Source: Massalongia carnosa
Taxonomy: Eukaryota
Direction: 5' to 3'
Length of the DNA stretch: 64,000 nt
Assembly: GCA_965645245.1 (NCBI GenBank)
Contig: OZ287067.1
Span: forward strand, 2,852,001 to 2,916,000
Below, one piece after another: positions 63,156 to 64,000 of this stretch. Below the pieces are notes generated by a model that saw only the letters and a program-made list of their open reading frames with translations, was not told the DNA's origin and did no database searches. The translations under genes and the position numbers were made by a program. Position 1 is the first letter of the stretch. Each line of letters begins with the position of its first letter.

Positions 63156-64000
63156 ATGGAGATCAAGCCAATTCCGGCCTTCTACTGCTGCTATTTGCTC
63201 CGCTCGACATTGCGACACTCGGCTCTGTATGTGGGGTCCACCCCGAACCCTCAACGGCGCCTTGCACAGCACAATGGTATCTCCAAAGGAGGAGCTATGA
63301 GAACTGCATGCAACCATCTCCGGCCATGGGAGATGGCTTGCATCGTCAGTGGGTTCCCATCAAACGTGGCAGCTCTCCAGTTCGAGTAGGATTTTCCTTT
63401 CTCTTCATTACGTTACGAGCTCGATAACGCTACTCTCAGTTCGAATAAGTGTCGTCGGGAAATATCCTTTAGTTGTTGTATGCCTCATGGTTGTTGAAAT
63501 ACTCGCCTCTGACATGCCATATCTAGATGGGCTTGGCAAAACACGCATCTCACGAAACGGATTGCGGAGGAACAACGCCTCACGGCGAAGGAAACCAAAG
63601 TCCACTTCTCTCCGAAGACGGGCCGGACGCGGAAGCGTCCTGCACGTCCTCGTGCGTCACTGATAGATAAACTTTCCAATCTACATTTGCTTCTTCGAGT
63701 ACCGAGTTTCGCAAGATGGCCTCTGGAAGTTCGCTTCTTCTACAAGGATGTGTACGATGTTTGGCTGCGCTGGAGCGACAGGGTGGACGGCGCGATCAGG
63801 GGTGGTATTAGAGTATCGCTTGATGTGAAACCACCTGCGGAGTCCTTGATCCATGACGAGTTACCGCCCTGCACCGAGGTAAGGCAGGATCAGAAACATG
63901 ACCCCGCAGGAAAGGGCGGCATTGAGGGCATCGATGCGGGTTATGGCCAGTTAAAGAATCGCATTGAGAAGAGTTTATTTCTTCTCTCAGAAGGCGAGGA
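63156..64000 (+). CDS. SLX1: Structure-specific endonuclease subunit Slx1 (GIY-YIG), truncated by window end
   Basis: [12 protein letters not shown]...[24 protein letters not shown]....[27 protein letters not shown]. Intron ~63386-63526, then [15 protein letters not shown]. Confidence 0.95.

Overview
Intron-rich genomic DNA from a filamentous ascomycete (Pezizomycotina; GT-AG introns with CTRAC/CTRAT branch sites). The window has two parts. About 1-23.5 kb is accessory-like. It holds a full-length but frameshifted Fot1/pogo DNA transposon (58-bp TIRs, TA TSD), a multi-pass membrane protein gene, a cAMP-receptor-like GPCR and several decayed gene relics. It also holds a three-layer nest: an intact Mutator (MULE) element inside an older defective MULE, which itself splits a spliced host pseudogene. 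About 23.5-64 kb is a dense block of conserved genes: DUF202 protein, sulfite oxidase, scramblase/AIM25, SPO11, UBC7, ADE12, a large OB-fold (POT1/Cdc13-like) protein, class II eIF4E, Ulp2-like SUMO protease, glucosidase II alpha, NDK, KDM5/KdmB and SLX1 (truncated). The most interesting signals are: the OB-fold protein's C-terminal array of unrecognised (H/Y)ELRDGxxY repeats interleaved with AT-hooks; a hidden (EK)n plus zinc-finger reading frame at about 40.6-41.4 kb; a required GC-AG intron just before the SPO11 catalytic tyrosine; and a recurrent TACTC(T/C)GTA intergenic motif. All calls come from manual reading; no searches were run.
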